Below, piece after piece: positions 7,323 to 16,406 of a DNA stretch of 64,000 nucleotides (position 1 is the stretch's first letter; every line of letters begins with the position of its first letter). Both the position numbers and the translations under genes were made by a program. The stretch is from a virus (lineage: Duplodnaviria; Heunggongvirae; Uroviricota; Caudoviricetes): the IMG/VR virus record IMGVR_UViG_3300009419_001390, one strand, 5' to 3'. Under the pieces are notes generated by a model. That model was given only the letters and a program-made list of their open reading frames with translations, did not search any database and had not been told where the DNA came from.

Positions 7323-8622
7323 ACCATGGGAAGTAATTGCAGAGCTGGAAGGCGACAACAGCCGCTTGATCAAAGAAGCAGTGGTTCGTCGTGAAAGCGA
7401 AAACGGCAACGATGAACTGTTCCGTGGCTTCCGTGCCGCATATGATGCCATGATCACCTTTGGTGTTAAAAAGGTAGAGCCCAAGACAGGCGACGGCAAG
7501 GGATTAAAAGCAGAACGTTTCTGGCGTGTGGCACAGGAATTGAGTGAGCGCCGACTCACTGGCAATGCCGCACAAACTGAAATCAATGTCATGCGCCAGG
7601 ACGCCACAGAAGCAGAATGGAACATGTGGTATCGACGCATCCTAATCAAGGACATGCGCTGTGGTACCAGCGACAGCACAATCAACAAACATGCCCACGA
7701 ACGTTATCATGTGCCTGTGTTCTCTTGCCAACTGGCACATGACGGTGCCAATCATGAAAGCAAGGTCACAGGTGAAAAGCTGATTGAAGTCAAGCTGGAC
7801 GGTGTGCGTGTGATTACTATTGTGTACCCAAATGGACAAGTAGATCAGTACAGCCGCAATGGCAAAGAACTGGTCAACTTTCCGCATGTGAAACAACAAC
7901 TGGCCAAACATGCCTCACTGTTTGCAGAACCCATGGTCTTGGACGGTGAGATTATGAGTGCAAGTTTTCAAGACTTGATGAAGCAAGTGCATCGCAAGAG
8001 TGATGTCAAAGCCAATGACGCCATGTTGAACTTGTTTGACATGTTGACCCTGCGTGAGTTCCAAGCAGGCGTAGGTGAGCAACGTCAAATTGATCGTAGC
8101 ACTACACTACGAGCCTGGTACGACAGCATTGAAGCACACATGCCAGATGTCACTGTGGTAGGACAAGAGCTAGTGGACTTGGATACTGCAAAAGGTTTGG
8201 CTCGCTTCAAAATGATCAATACGCAAGCAGTGGCAGGCGGCTTCGAAGGTATCATGATCAAAGATCCAGAAGCACGTTACGAAACCAAACGCACAGTGGC
8301 CTGGCTCAAGCAAAAGCCTTTTATTGAAGTGAGCTTGACCGTGGTTGGCTTTGAAGAAGGCACAGGCAAGAACGCAGGCAAACTGGGTGCCTTGATTGTG
8401 GAAGGTGTGGATGACGGTAAGACTATCCGTACCAATGTGGGCTCGGGTCTTACTGATGCCTTGCGTGAAACAATCTGGGGTAGCCAAGCTCAAGTGTTGG
8501 GTAGCATAGTTGAAGTTCGTGCAGATGCCGCAACACAGAATCAAGACAGCGACGGTGCGTGGAGCCTGCGCTTTCCGCGATTCAAAGGCTTCCGTGGTTT
8601 TGCAGTGGGTGAAAAGTTATGA
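7315..8622 (+). CDS. ATP-dependent DNA ligase
   Basis: KLDGVR adenylation motif (KxDG); about 435 aa; alternative upstream start 7240. Confidence 0.75.
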   Translation: MLKPWEVIAELEGDNSRLIKEAVVRRESENGNDELFRGFRAAYDAMITFGVKKVEPKTGDGKGLKAERFWRVAQELSERRLTGNAAQTEINVMRQDATEAEWNMWYRRILIKDMRCGTSDSTINKHAHERYHVPVFSCQLAHDGANHESKVTGEKLIEVKLDGVRVITIVYPNGQVDQYSRNGKELVNFPHVKQQLAKHASLFAEPMVLDGEIMSASFQDLMKQVHRKSDVKANDAMLNLFDMLTLREFQAGVGEQRQIDRSTTLRAWYDSIEAHMPDVTVVGQELVDLDTAKGLARFKMINTQAVAGGFEGIMIKDPEARYETKRTVAWLKQKPFIEVSLTVVGFEEGTGKNAGKLGALIVEGVDDGKTIRTNVGSGLTDALRETIWGSQAQVLGSIVEVRADAATQNQDSDGAWSLRFPRFKGFRGFAVGEKL

Positions 8623-8816
8623 CAGTATCTAGAGTTGTTGCACAAAATAACGAAATTTATAGACAGACAGAAATTAAAAAGTCAGACCAGCGGCATTCAG
8701 AAGGTGTTCAAGACGAGCGTAGAGTCAAACACAATCGAGAAATCGACGAGCAAAAAAGAATTGAAATGAATCAACAAATGAATCGTTCAGGACAAAATGT
8801 AGACAGGATGGCATAA
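8619..8816 (+). CDS. hypothetical highly charged 65-aa protein
   Basis: ATGA overlap with ligase stop. Confidence 0.35.
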   Translation: MTVSRVVAQNNEIYRQTEIKKSDQRHSEGVQDERRVKHNREIDEQKRIEMNQQMNRSGQNVDRMA

Positions 8817-9097
8817 TGGACAAAACAACAAATGAAGTAATGGATATTCTGCAAGAAGAATGTGCAGAAGTAATCCAAGCAGTGAGCAAGATCCGCAGGT
8901 TTGGCATTGACAATCACAAGCCCGGCAAGCCCAAGACCAACAGAGAGCACCTGGAAGAAGAACTGGGTGATTTGTATGCCATGATTGATATCCTACAGGA
9001 ACTGGATATTGTGAGCTGGTCAGGAATTGAAAAGGCCGCAGAAGCCAAACGTGAGAAATTGAAAACTTGGTCAAACATTTTTGAGGTCAAAGCATGA
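8816..9097 (+). CDS. mazG: MazG-like nucleotide pyrophosphohydrolase (small, paralog 1)
   Basis: EECAEVIQAV...EELGDLYAMIDIL EExxE/ExxD helix motifs. Confidence 0.55.
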   Translation: MDKTTNEVMDILQEECAEVIQAVSKIRRFGIDNHKPGKPKTNREHLEEELGDLYAMIDILQELDIVSWSGIEKAAEAKREKLKTWSNIFEVKA

Positions 9098-9246
9098 ACG
9101 AACAACTGGCACAAGCAGTAATCAATCTGCATGACATTGCACGACTTGTTGAACAACAACTTGGCAAAGGTGCATTGAGCGGGGATCTGCGCAAGTGTGC
9201 AGATCGCTTGCATTTGTTGAACAGTCCAATGAAAGCAACATTATGA
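9094..9246 (+). CDS. hypothetical 50-aa protein
   Basis: ATGA-coupled between flanking genes. Confidence 0.35.
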   Translation: MNEQLAQAVINLHDIARLVEQQLGKGALSGDLRKCADRLHLLNSPMKATL

Positions 9247-9545
9247 GCAGTATGGAAATTGTATATAACCAAGCACCAGATGACCTGGATGTGGACAGCC
9301 GCAATCGAGAGATTCGTAGCATGTTACATCACGGCGTGTGTGAAGTTACCTTTACCAAAGTAAACGGTGAAACACGAACCATGCCCTGTACTTTGGATAG
9401 CACCTTGCTACCACCACAGCCACTCCGAGAGTTTCACGAGACTCGTGTGTACAAGCCTGAGACGCTGAGTGTATGGTGCTTGGACAAAATGGAATGGCGT
9501 AGTTTCCGTGTTGCTAATGTAACACGGATTGTGAGGACGCAATGA
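9243..9545 (+). CDS. hypothetical protein
   Basis: ORF track 9195..9545 with coupled internal start. Confidence 0.4.
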   Translation: MSSMEIVYNQAPDDLDVDSRNREIRSMLHHGVCEVTFTKVNGETRTMPCTLDSTLLPPQPLREFHETRVYKPETLSVWCLDKMEWRSFRVANVTRIVRTQ

Positions 9546-9742
9546 CCTTAGAAGATCTACAACATATCTTTGATCGCCAGATAGAAGAAGGCACCGAGAA
9601 ACTGTACTTCATGCTGGTTGATGGTGCGGCTATGCCTGAGATTTTACGCCACCCTGCAGAGGATCTGGAGAAATTGTTGCCCATGCTATCAAGTTTTCAG
9701 TACGTTGGTTCACCTGCTGGCATACCGAGGTTTACTAAATGA
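9542..9742 (+). CDS. hypothetical protein
   Basis: ORF track, ATGA coupling. Confidence 0.4.
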   Translation: MTLEDLQHIFDRQIEEGTEKLYFMLVDGAAMPEILRHPAEDLEKLLPMLSSFQYVGSPAGIPRFTK

Positions 9743-10110
9743 CCAATGAAATTACAACAGAGATGCTGGACCGCAAGATTGCGTGGTGTGAGCAAAACGC
9801 ATTTTGGGGTCGAGGTTCTGACGTACAGCGTATGCAGGATTTCTACTTTGAAAAGACCCGAACCAGTGTAACCGAGGACTGGCCCGAAGCATTCACATTG
9901 CAGGAACTGGCTGATACTTTGGGTATAGAGCAAGTGCGGTATAGGATCTACTACAGCCAAGACAATCTCACTTGCCGACTGTTTGTGTTCCGCCCTCGTT
10001 GTACCTATTCCGAAGAGCAAAAGATGTTGGCCATGGGATTTGTACCGGCCAAAGATGGCGACACAGAAAACATCCCTGACCATCCAGTAGAGGAAGTAAA
10101 CAATGAATGA
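9739..10110 (+). CDS. hypothetical protein
   Basis: ORF track, ATGA coupling. Confidence 0.45.
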   Translation: MTNEITTEMLDRKIAWCEQNAFWGRGSDVQRMQDFYFEKTRTSVTEDWPEAFTLQELADTLGIEQVRYRIYYSQDNLTCRLFVFRPRCTYSEEQKMLAMGFVPAKDGDTENIPDHPVEEVNNE

Positions 10111-10285
10111 ACGATTGAAAAAACTAGCAACTGAAGCAATGATCCATATGGTCAGTGAACCGCGACTGGAGCAGTTTGACAAACTGATCATCCAGGACTG
10201 TATCCGTACCTTGATCAACAACGGCTACGATGATGCGGCCCGATGTCTGCAGGACACGCACTTTGGAATTGAGTATCCGGTATGA
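10103..10285 (+). CDS. hypothetical protein, N-terminus MNERLKKLATEA (paralog of next gene)
   Basis: ORF track; shared N-terminal motif with 10282..10455. Confidence 0.4.
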   Translation: MNERLKKLATEAMIHMVSEPRLEQFDKLIIQDCIRTLINNGYDDAARCLQDTHFGIEYPV

Positions 10286-10455
10286 ACAAAGAATTGAAAA
10301 AATTAGCACAACAAGCCGGTGCACCTGAAGAGGTGCTTGACGAGCTTTGGTTTGGTCTATTCTGTATGAAATTTGCAGATGTGATTCTTACCAACGCAGA
10401 ACAAGAAATGATCAAGATCAAAGCCAGGATACATGACTATGAACAAAAATCTTAA
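10282..10455 (+). CDS. hypothetical protein, N-terminus MNKELKKLAQQA
   Basis: ATGA overlap; 57 aa, not in ORF track. Confidence 0.35.
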   Translation: MNKELKKLAQQAGAPEEVLDELWFGLFCMKFADVILTNAEQEMIKIKARIHDYEQKS

Positions 10456-10645
10456 GATCAATTTGGTTGGAGTAGACAAGCTGGATGAACAGGTATTGGG
10501 CACACTAATTGACAGTCTTGTGGATCTTTACACTGTCAAGTTTGGATTGAAGATTGATCTTGATGAGCCCGAAGCACCTGTGTATGATGCAGAGGATGTG
10601 GACTTTGCAAAGAACTACTTGAAGAAATACAGGTTACCATCATGA
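10433..10645 (+). CDS. hypothetical acidic protein
   Basis: ORF track. Confidence 0.4.
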   Translation: MTMNKNLKINLVGVDKLDEQVLGTLIDSLVDLYTVKFGLKIDLDEPEAPVYDAEDVDFAKNYLKKYRLPS

Positions 10646-10905
10646 TTAAAAAACGAGCGTTAAGCGCCAGCCGAGATCCCAGTTTTCCTGGCACGGTGTT
10701 GGCCTTGCGTGGCAATGAACCCGAAGCTGGCAACATTGTGTTTCATGCTGGTACTGATATCGAAAGCAGTGAAATGCTCAAGATTACCAAGACGGGCTTT
10801 TATGTTCGTGGGAAACTGGTTGAACAGGATGACAAGGAAGCAGAAATAGTATATAATGCGTTTAAGGCGTTCTTGACCTACCATGCAATTACAAGGAGTT
10901 ATTGA
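10642..10905 (+). CDS. hypothetical protein
   Basis: ORF track; TGATG coupling at both ends. Confidence 0.4.
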   Translation: MIKKRALSASRDPSFPGTVLALRGNEPEAGNIVFHAGTDIESSEMLKITKTGFYVRGKLVEQDDKEAEIVYNAFKAFLTYHAITRSY

Positions 10906-11081
10906 TGATTAGACTATGGTTGGTATTTGCTATTCTTGCTGTTTTGATTCACCTGGGCATCACTGCCTGGAGAAACATGAATGGCATGGAACACTGGACT
11001 TTGACCAAGTCCGTGACGTACAGTGTGGGTGTTGCATTGCTGGCTGTTCTAGCAATGACTGTGATTGTAATTTTATTTTAA
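10905..11081 (+). CDS. small membrane protein (2 TM), 58 aa
   Basis: AAGGAG SD 7 nt upstream; preferred over alternative-frame track ORF 10916..11155. Confidence 0.45.
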   Translation: MIRLWLVFAILAVLIHLGITAWRNMNGMEHWTLTKSVTYSVGVALLAVLAMTVIVILF

Positions 11082-11090
11082 GGAAACATA

Positions 11091-11882
11091 ATGCGTATTT
11101 TGACTCTTTCCGTTCTTGCCGCGGCTGTGTTGGCAACAGGTTGTACTCGTATTGAAACGGGTGAAGTTGGTGTGCGAGTTGGTTTTGACCGCCAGGTTCA
11201 GCCAGGCGAACTCATGCCTGGCTCATTCAATCAAGTGTTGATCGGTGATGTGCTCACATTTCCTATCAAGGACGTGAATGTCACATTAGAGAACATGACT
11301 CCTGTGGCCAAAGACAACTCAACCATGAAAGACTTTGATGCAGTGGTTGTTTACAACATCAATCCACAGCAGGTCAGTGAATTGTACGCAACCAAGAACA
11401 AAGCATTCCACGCTGAGTTCAAAGGTGATACCTATGTGATGTACAACTACATTGTACAAAATGCTCGTAACGCTATCTACAAAGCCGCTCGTAAGTATGA
11501 GGCCTTGGACATGGCCGACAATCGCGGTGAAATGGAAAAGTTCATCCAAGACGAGATTGTTCGCAACTTGGCTGAAGAAAAGTTAGACGGTACTATTATG
11601 ATCAGCCAAGTGTTGATTCGTAATGTTGTGCCAGCTGACTCTGTGGTTGAAAGTGCTAACGCATTGGTTCGTTCAAAGAACGAATTGAAGCAGAAGGAAG
11701 TTGAAGTCAAAACTGCTGAAGCCGAATCGCGTCGTATGGCAGCACTGGCCAACAACTCAGGTGCAAGTATTGCATTCATGCAAGCACAGGCCATGTTGAA
11801 CATCTCAGAAGGTATCAAGAACGGTCAAGTGCAGACCATTGTGGTGCCCTCAAACTTCAACGCATTGATGATGCCTAAATAA
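11091..11882 (+). CDS. SPFH/band-7 (prohibitin/stomatin-like) lipoprotein
   Basis: lipobox LATGC; TGEVGVRVGF... SPFH-like core followed by coiled-coil; AAGGAAA SD. Confidence 0.5.
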   Translation: MRILTLSVLAAAVLATGCTRIETGEVGVRVGFDRQVQPGELMPGSFNQVLIGDVLTFPIKDVNVTLENMTPVAKDNSTMKDFDAVVVYNINPQQVSELYATKNKAFHAEFKGDTYVMYNYIVQNARNAIYKAARKYEALDMADNRGEMEKFIQDEIVRNLAEEKLDGTIMISQVLIRNVVPADSVVESANALVRSKNELKQKEVEVKTAEAESRRMAALANNSGASIAFMQAQAMLNISEGIKNGQVQTIVVPSNFNALMMPK

Positions 11883-11896
11883 CCAACAGGAAATAA

Positions 11897-12097
11897 ATGA
11901 CAGATGAAGCAATCAAAGCATTCCTGGCCAATGGTGGAGTAATCCAGCAAGTTGCGGTAGGAGTAAGTGGCATTCCAGAAGGGTCAACTTTTAACCCATG
12001 GGGTGCGCCGCGCAAAGCCGGCAGGCCGCCGGCGGCAGATAAGCCTGCGGTGGTAGAGCTTGATGAGTCCGATGACGAAACTCCAGGATCTGCTTAA
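11897..12097 (+). CDS. hypothetical protein
   Basis: ORF track. Confidence 0.35.
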   Translation: MTDEAIKAFLANGGVIQQVAVGVSGIPEGSTFNPWGAPRKAGRPPAADKPAVVELDESDDETPGSA

Positions 12098-12296
12098 CGA
12101 AGAAGCTCTGCTCTCTAACACAGGGCAGGGCGATTCTCGAGAACGTGCGGAACTGCATACCATTATTCGTTTGATGCGAGATGAAACTCGCCGGCCTCAT
12201 TGCTTTGGTGAGGATGATTGTAGTACAATAAGGCTCAGCCAATGTCCATGGAGAATGGATTGCGGTGCAGAAGCATACCACAATTGGGGAGGGTAG
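12060..12296 (+). CDS. hypothetical Cys-containing protein (start uncertain, possibly ATG 12072)
   Basis: ORF track. Confidence 0.3.
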   Translation: MMSPMTKLQDLLNEEALLSNTGQGDSRERAELHTIIRLMRDETRRPHCFGEDDCSTIRLSQCPWRMDCGAEAYHNWGG

Positions 12297-12434
12297 ATGG
12301 TACTTGAAATTATGATGTGGGGATTTTTTTCTGCTTGGGGATGGTTTGGTGCCAGCTATGTAAAGGATCAGGTTTGGCCACCCGATACGCCGCCAATCGA
12401 AAAGAAAATAGAACCAAAGGAACAAGCAAAATGA
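12297..12434 (+). CDS. small Trp-rich membrane peptide (45 aa)
   Basis: TAG-ATG abutting and ATGA coupling. Confidence 0.3.
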   Translation: MVLEIMMWGFFSAWGWFGASYVKDQVWPPDTPPIEKKIEPKEQAK

Positions 12435-12643
12435 CTACCAAGCAAACATCCTGGACTCTAGAAGTGCAAGAGGATCCAGAAACCGGAGACTGTGTACTTG
12501 AGTTTCCGCCCGAAATGTTGGAACAAGCAGGCTGGAAAGAAGGCGATACATTGATTTGGTCTGATCGCGGTGATGGTAGTTTTGAACTAAGCAAGAAAAC
12601 GGATGCATTTCGTCCAGATGATGTCAACGCAATCAAGCCCTAG
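12431..12643 (+). CDS. AbrB/MazE-like (swapped-hairpin) small protein
   Basis: AAGGAA SD; EFPPEMLEQAGWKEGDTLIWS resembles the looped-hinge AbrB/MazE core. Confidence 0.35.
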   Translation: MTTKQTSWTLEVQEDPETGDCVLEFPPEMLEQAGWKEGDTLIWSDRGDGSFELSKKTDAFRPDDVNAIKP

Positions 12644-12696
12644 TGCGTTATTAGTATATGCAGACACAACTGCATCTAACCCAAAAGGAAACTAAA

Positions 12697-12918
12697 ATGA
12701 AATCACTAGCCGTAGTAATCGCATCGTTGTTTGCAGTAAGCGCATTTGCCGCAGATGCACCCAAGGCTCCTGTAGCAACACCAGCAGTGACCAAAGCTGA
12801 CGCACCTGTTCCTGCCGCACTCAAGAAGGACGAAAAGAAGCCTGTCAAAAGTGATACAAAGTCGGGCGACAAAAAGGCTGCTACACCAGCTACACCAGCA
12901 CCAGCCGCTGGCAAGTGA
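12697..12918 (+). CDS. secreted Lys/Ala/Pro-rich small protein
   Basis: signal peptide MKSLAVVIASLFAVSAFA; low-complexity mature part. Confidence 0.5.
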   Translation: MKSLAVVIASLFAVSAFAADAPKAPVATPAVTKADAPVPAALKKDEKKPVKSDTKSGDKKAATPATPAPAAGK

Positions 12919-13016
12919 TATAGAGCACAGTGATGACGATGGTTACGATGAAATAACTTTCTACGTAGCATATCGTCGTCCTGAACTTGTACACAACAAA
13001 ACAAAACTAGACAACA

Positions 13017-13256
13017 GTGATCTCAGTGAACACGTTAAATTTAGGCTGTGGCTTGCGAGACAACTTGCACTTGCAAAGTACCAAGAAAAATGGGGCTGAT
13101 GTGGCTCCATTTTTTCTGAACAGACAACGAGATCAGCATAGCGAAATCCGTCAATGTTTGGAACGTAAATTAACCGCAGATCAGATAGCGCAACGGTTGC
13201 GGCTAGATCCTGATATTGTGCATAAATACCTAAGCACTTTAAGGAGCCCGCTATGA
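13017..13256 (+). CDS. putative small HTH protein (LTADQIAQRLRLDPDIVHKYL)
   Basis: ATGA coupling to downstream gene; start uncertain. Confidence 0.3.
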   Translation: MISVNTLNLGCGLRDNLHLQSTKKNGADVAPFFLNRQRDQHSEIRQCLERKLTADQIAQRLRLDPDIVHKYLSTLRSPL

Positions 13257-13462
13257 AGTATCTATTAACAGCAATCGCCATGATGTTTGCCCTGAGCACA
13301 TCAACTGTGTATGCAGAAGCTACTGTGAAGAAGGTTTGTAAAACAGACGAGAAAACCAAAAAAGAAGTTTGTAAAAACATCAAGGTCCACAAAAAAGCAG
13401 AAAAAGTAACTGAGGGCAGTCCAACTGATCCAGTGAAAAAAGAAGACAAGAAAAAGAAATAA
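13253..13462 (+). CDS. secreted Lys-rich small protein
   Basis: signal peptide MKYLLTAIAMMFALSTSTVYA; KKEDKKKK tail; terminator follows. Confidence 0.5.
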   Translation: MKYLLTAIAMMFALSTSTVYAEATVKKVCKTDEKTKKEVCKNIKVHKKAEKVTEGSPTDPVKKEDKKKK

Positions 13463-13468
13463 AAATTT

Positions 13469-13492
13469 AGCCCCGCAAGGGGCTTTCTTATA
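13469..13492 (+). terminator. rho-independent terminator (AGCCCC-GCAA-GGGGCT + TTCTT)
   Basis: perfect GC hairpin. Confidence 0.6.
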
Positions 13493-13555
13493 AGTATTAT
13501 TGTGACAACAGTCACAGCTCGTGTTAGACACACATCACACACAAAGGAGAAAAAT

Positions 13556-13783
13556 ATGAGCAAAACACCTTACGAGATCCGTCTCGAACTCTTGACCTTG
13601 GCCAAGGAAATCCTTGAAACACCTATTCACCAAAAACGAGTAGCACTCAACGATGAATATCATTCCAAACTGAATGATGCCAACCGAGGCACCCTTCCGT
13701 ACCCAACCATGCCTGATTTTCCGTCAACTACGGATATCATCAGCAAGGCCGAGGAACTGAAGAAGTTTGTTGACCAAGCATAA
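13556..13783 (+). CDS. hypothetical 75-aa protein
   Basis: AAAGGAG SD; terminator-like hairpin downstream (13795..13830). Confidence 0.45.
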   Translation: MSKTPYEIRLELLTLAKEILETPIHQKRVALNDEYHSKLNDANRGTLPYPTMPDFPSTTDIISKAEELKKFVDQA

Positions 13784-13892
13784 CGGTTAACAAACTGCAA
13801 GCAAGATTGTCAAAAGTCTTGCTTGTTTCATAGGTTTCAGCTATACTAGACAAATGCTGTTGTTACAGCTACTTTATAAAGGAAACTTAAAA

Positions 13893-14189
13893 ATGACACA
13901 TCAAACTAAAGCAATTCGCAATTTTGACCTAACTACCAAGCAAGGTAAACTATTCCAAGCCCTGGTACTAAAAGGCGAAACAATGAGCGAAGCCGAAATC
14001 AGCAAGCGTTTTGGCATCAAGAACCCAACTGCTACCATCAGCGTTATTCGTAACCGTGGTTATGCAGTTTACGCAAAAAGCCGCAAAGCCGGTAATGGCG
14101 TTCAGGTAACTGAGTATCGTCATGGCGAAGCCAGCCGCAAGATGGTTGCACTTGCATACAAAGCACAGTCTTTGGGCATCACAGTCTAA
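13893..14189 (+). CDS. hypothetical basic protein, possible DNA-binding
   Basis: AAAGGA SD; Arg/Lys-rich. Confidence 0.4.
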   Translation: MTHQTKAIRNFDLTTKQGKLFQALVLKGETMSEAEISKRFGIKNPTATISVIRNRGYAVYAKSRKAGNGVQVTEYRHGEASRKMVALAYKAQSLGITV

Positions 14190-14206
14190 TTAATTTTGGA
14201 CTAATC

Positions 14207-14233
14207 AAAGGTGCTTTAGGGCACCTTTTTTCT
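14207..14233 (+). terminator. rho-independent terminator (AAAGGTGC-TTTA-GGGCACCTTT + T6)
   Basis: hairpin + U-tract. Confidence 0.6.
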
Positions 14234-14261
14234 TGACCAGAATACCATTATCAACTATAAT
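14233..14261 (+). promoter_or_regulatory. sigma70 consensus promoter TTGACC-17-TATAAT; ATG 7 nt after -10 (leaderless candidate)
   Basis: perfect -10, near-perfect -35. Confidence 0.6.
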
Positions 14262-14267
14262 AGTCAC

Positions 14268-15089
14268 ATGCGAATAAATGTAATTTCTGATCTTCATCTT
14301 GAGTTTGGCGACCTAGAGTTGCCAGGCGGAGATGTGCTGATCTTGTCAGGTGATGTGTGCGAAAGCCGCACCTTGCTCAAGAACAAGTATGACCCAATGA
14401 ACATCATGACTGAAGTAGGAGATCCCAAGCGCCAAGATCGTGCTCAACGTTTCTTCATTGAAGAATGTGCCAAGTACCGCGAAGTTATCTATGTCATGGG
14501 CAACCATGAACACTATCACGGTCGCTATGACAAAACTGTGCATGAGCTCAAGGCCACTGTGCCTGACAATGTGTCAGTGCTGGAAAATGAATCAATTGAA
14601 ATTGATGGTGTGTTGTTCTTGGGTGCCACACTGTGGACTGACTGCAATCGCGGCAATCCCATGTGCATACAGGTGCTCAAGCATGGTATGAATGACTATC
14701 GTGCTATCACCAACAAAGCAGGCGCCATCTACCGCAAGCTGACTCCGCAGGATACCATGGAAACTCACATGCGTACCAAGGAGTATTTCAAGACCATGCT
14801 GGAACTGAATCGTGACAAGAAGGTGGTGGTTTGTACACATCATGCACCCAGCTACCTGAGTGTGCATGAGCACTACAAGCATGATACTGACATGAATGGT
14901 GGCTATGCATCGGACCTGAGCGAGTTCATACTGGATCATGAAAACATCCTGTTCTGGACACATGGACACATGCATGACCCCAGCGACTACATGATCGGAC
15001 AATGTCGTGTGATCTGTAACCCACGTGGCTACAGAGGATACGAACAGCAAGCAAATACATTTGACCCCACTGTGGGATTTGATATATAA
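14268..15089 (+). CDS. calcineurin-like metallophosphoesterase
   Basis: ISDLHLE, LSGDV, GNHEHY, CTHHAP, GHMHD phosphoesterase motifs. Confidence 0.6.
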   Translation: MRINVISDLHLEFGDLELPGGDVLILSGDVCESRTLLKNKYDPMNIMTEVGDPKRQDRAQRFFIEECAKYREVIYVMGNHEHYHGRYDKTVHELKATVPDNVSVLENESIEIDGVLFLGATLWTDCNRGNPMCIQVLKHGMNDYRAITNKAGAIYRKLTPQDTMETHMRTKEYFKTMLELNRDKKVVVCTHHAPSYLSVHEHYKHDTDMNGGYASDLSEFILDHENILFWTHGHMHDPSDYMIGQCRVICNPRGYRGYEQQANTFDPTVGFDI

Positions 15090-15104
15090 ATTTAGGAGAA
15101 CATT

Positions 15105-15680
15105 ATGGCAATCAAAATTACCCTTCGTAAAGCAAACGCTATTCAGCAAAACATCAACGACCTGTTGAAAAGTGTACAGGTCAAGCCTGTGGTTGAACTC
15201 AGCGAGTTTGTTGATACAGTGCAGACTCTGCAGGCCGCCAATGATGCGGTCATGGCCGCCGACGCTCGTCGCAGTGATCTATTGATGGCCCTGTACAGCA
15301 TTCGTGCAACTGTGGGCGTGGCCAACTTTCAAAGTGGCATTGGCAATCGTTTGAGCCACATTGCCTATGTTGACAAACGACTGCAACAACTGGATCAACT
15401 GACCAACGAAACTTCTAAAATGAAGGATCTGGCAATCATCACTGGTCAGTTGGAAAAGATTCGCAATCGTCGTGAAGAACATCGCATGTACGGCTATGAG
15501 AATACCGTGAGCACAGGTGTGCTACAACAAGCACAGATTGACAGCATCAGCGGCATCATGCGTGAGCTGAAAAAGCAAAAGCAAAAGTTAAACGACGAAG
15601 TTCTGGAGCTCAATGTTCGTACAGAAATTGAACTCACAGATGAAGTAGAAGCCGTTCTTGTAAAAGAAGGTATTCTGTAA
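15105..15680 (+). CDS. hypothetical coiled-coil-rich protein
   Basis: ORF track. Confidence 0.45.
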   Translation: MAIKITLRKANAIQQNINDLLKSVQVKPVVELSEFVDTVQTLQAANDAVMAADARRSDLLMALYSIRATVGVANFQSGIGNRLSHIAYVDKRLQQLDQLTNETSKMKDLAIITGQLEKIRNRREEHRMYGYENTVSTGVLQQAQIDSISGIMRELKKQKQKLNDEVLELNVRTEIELTDEVEAVLVKEGIL

Positions 15681-16042
15681 AGAGTAGTGAAGGCTGAAGA
15701 AGCAAGTAAAATTCTTGGAGCAATCCAGGCCAATGAAAGTAGAGGCAGCTGAATCTATAGGGTGCTAGGATTGCCTAGTGTCCTTGACGGGCGTGTGGAG
15801 GATGAGAGTGGCGACTGTGGACTGTGCCTCTTCCAAAAGAAGATTGTGCAATCTGCAAAAACTTAATGGATGACCCGCAAGGGTTGACCAAATCGTACCC
15901 TGGTGCAGTCGAGCCAAGTCATAGGGAATTTGTCCTTTGTTTCTCGGCAAATAACAGGGTCTCTGTTGATCGTCTTTCGTCTGCGTTGTTCTAGAAATTT
16001 TTCTAGTGTCAATTGTCCAGCCATGACTTGGCCACACACCGC

Positions 16043-16363
16043 CTAAACTTCTTGTTGGCTATAACTAAAAGTTGTATTGTGAGGATGGTATAATTCAAAT
16101 TGATCCATTGCAAACTTATGTTCTACTTCTAGCATGGATACAGCAAGTATAAATTTTGACATAGCAACATCATTTTCACATTGTTTGGTCATTACAATTT
16201 CAGTATCAGAAATTTCCACAGTGTCACATATTTTTTGTACTTCAACAAGTAGTTCTTGATTGGCCCGCTGAGCTGCCGCCCATTCTTCTGACACTGGATG
16301 GTCTAAAAACAAAAAAGGTTTGCTGTCCAATTTGGTGCATTTATACTGTAAAATTTTAGCCAT
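16043..16363 (-). CDS. hypothetical protein (one of only two clear minus-strand genes)
   Basis: AGGAG SD on minus strand 9 nt upstream of ATG. Confidence 0.5.
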   Translation of the reverse strand: MAKILQYKCTKLDSKPFLFLDHPVSEEWAAAQRANQELLVEVQKICDTVEISDTEIVMTKQCENDVAMSKFILAVSMLEVEHKFAMDQFELYHPHNTTFSYSQQEV

Positions 16364-16406
16364 AGTAATTGACTCCTATATTGTATTTATGCTAAAGTGT
16401 TGCACT

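Noticed and set aside
9697-10221. 174-aa minus-strand ORF
   Set aside because: Antisense to a chain of translationally coupled + strand genes; no SD.
10916-11155. Track ORF encoding a Cys-rich 79-aa product
   Set aside because: An alternative frame (10905..11081) has a consensus AAGGAG SD and encodes a plausible 2-TM membrane protein. The track ORF also overlaps the SPFH gene start.
12961-13563. 200-aa minus-strand ORF spanning several + strand genes
   Set aside because: Overlaps three coupled + strand genes and a terminator; Phe/Ser/Leu-rich antisense composition; no start context.
15765-16037. 90-aa minus-strand ORF in the long intergenic region
   Set aside because: No recognisable SD, no motif, and it lies in a region I think is more likely non-coding. 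Kept only as a remark in findings.
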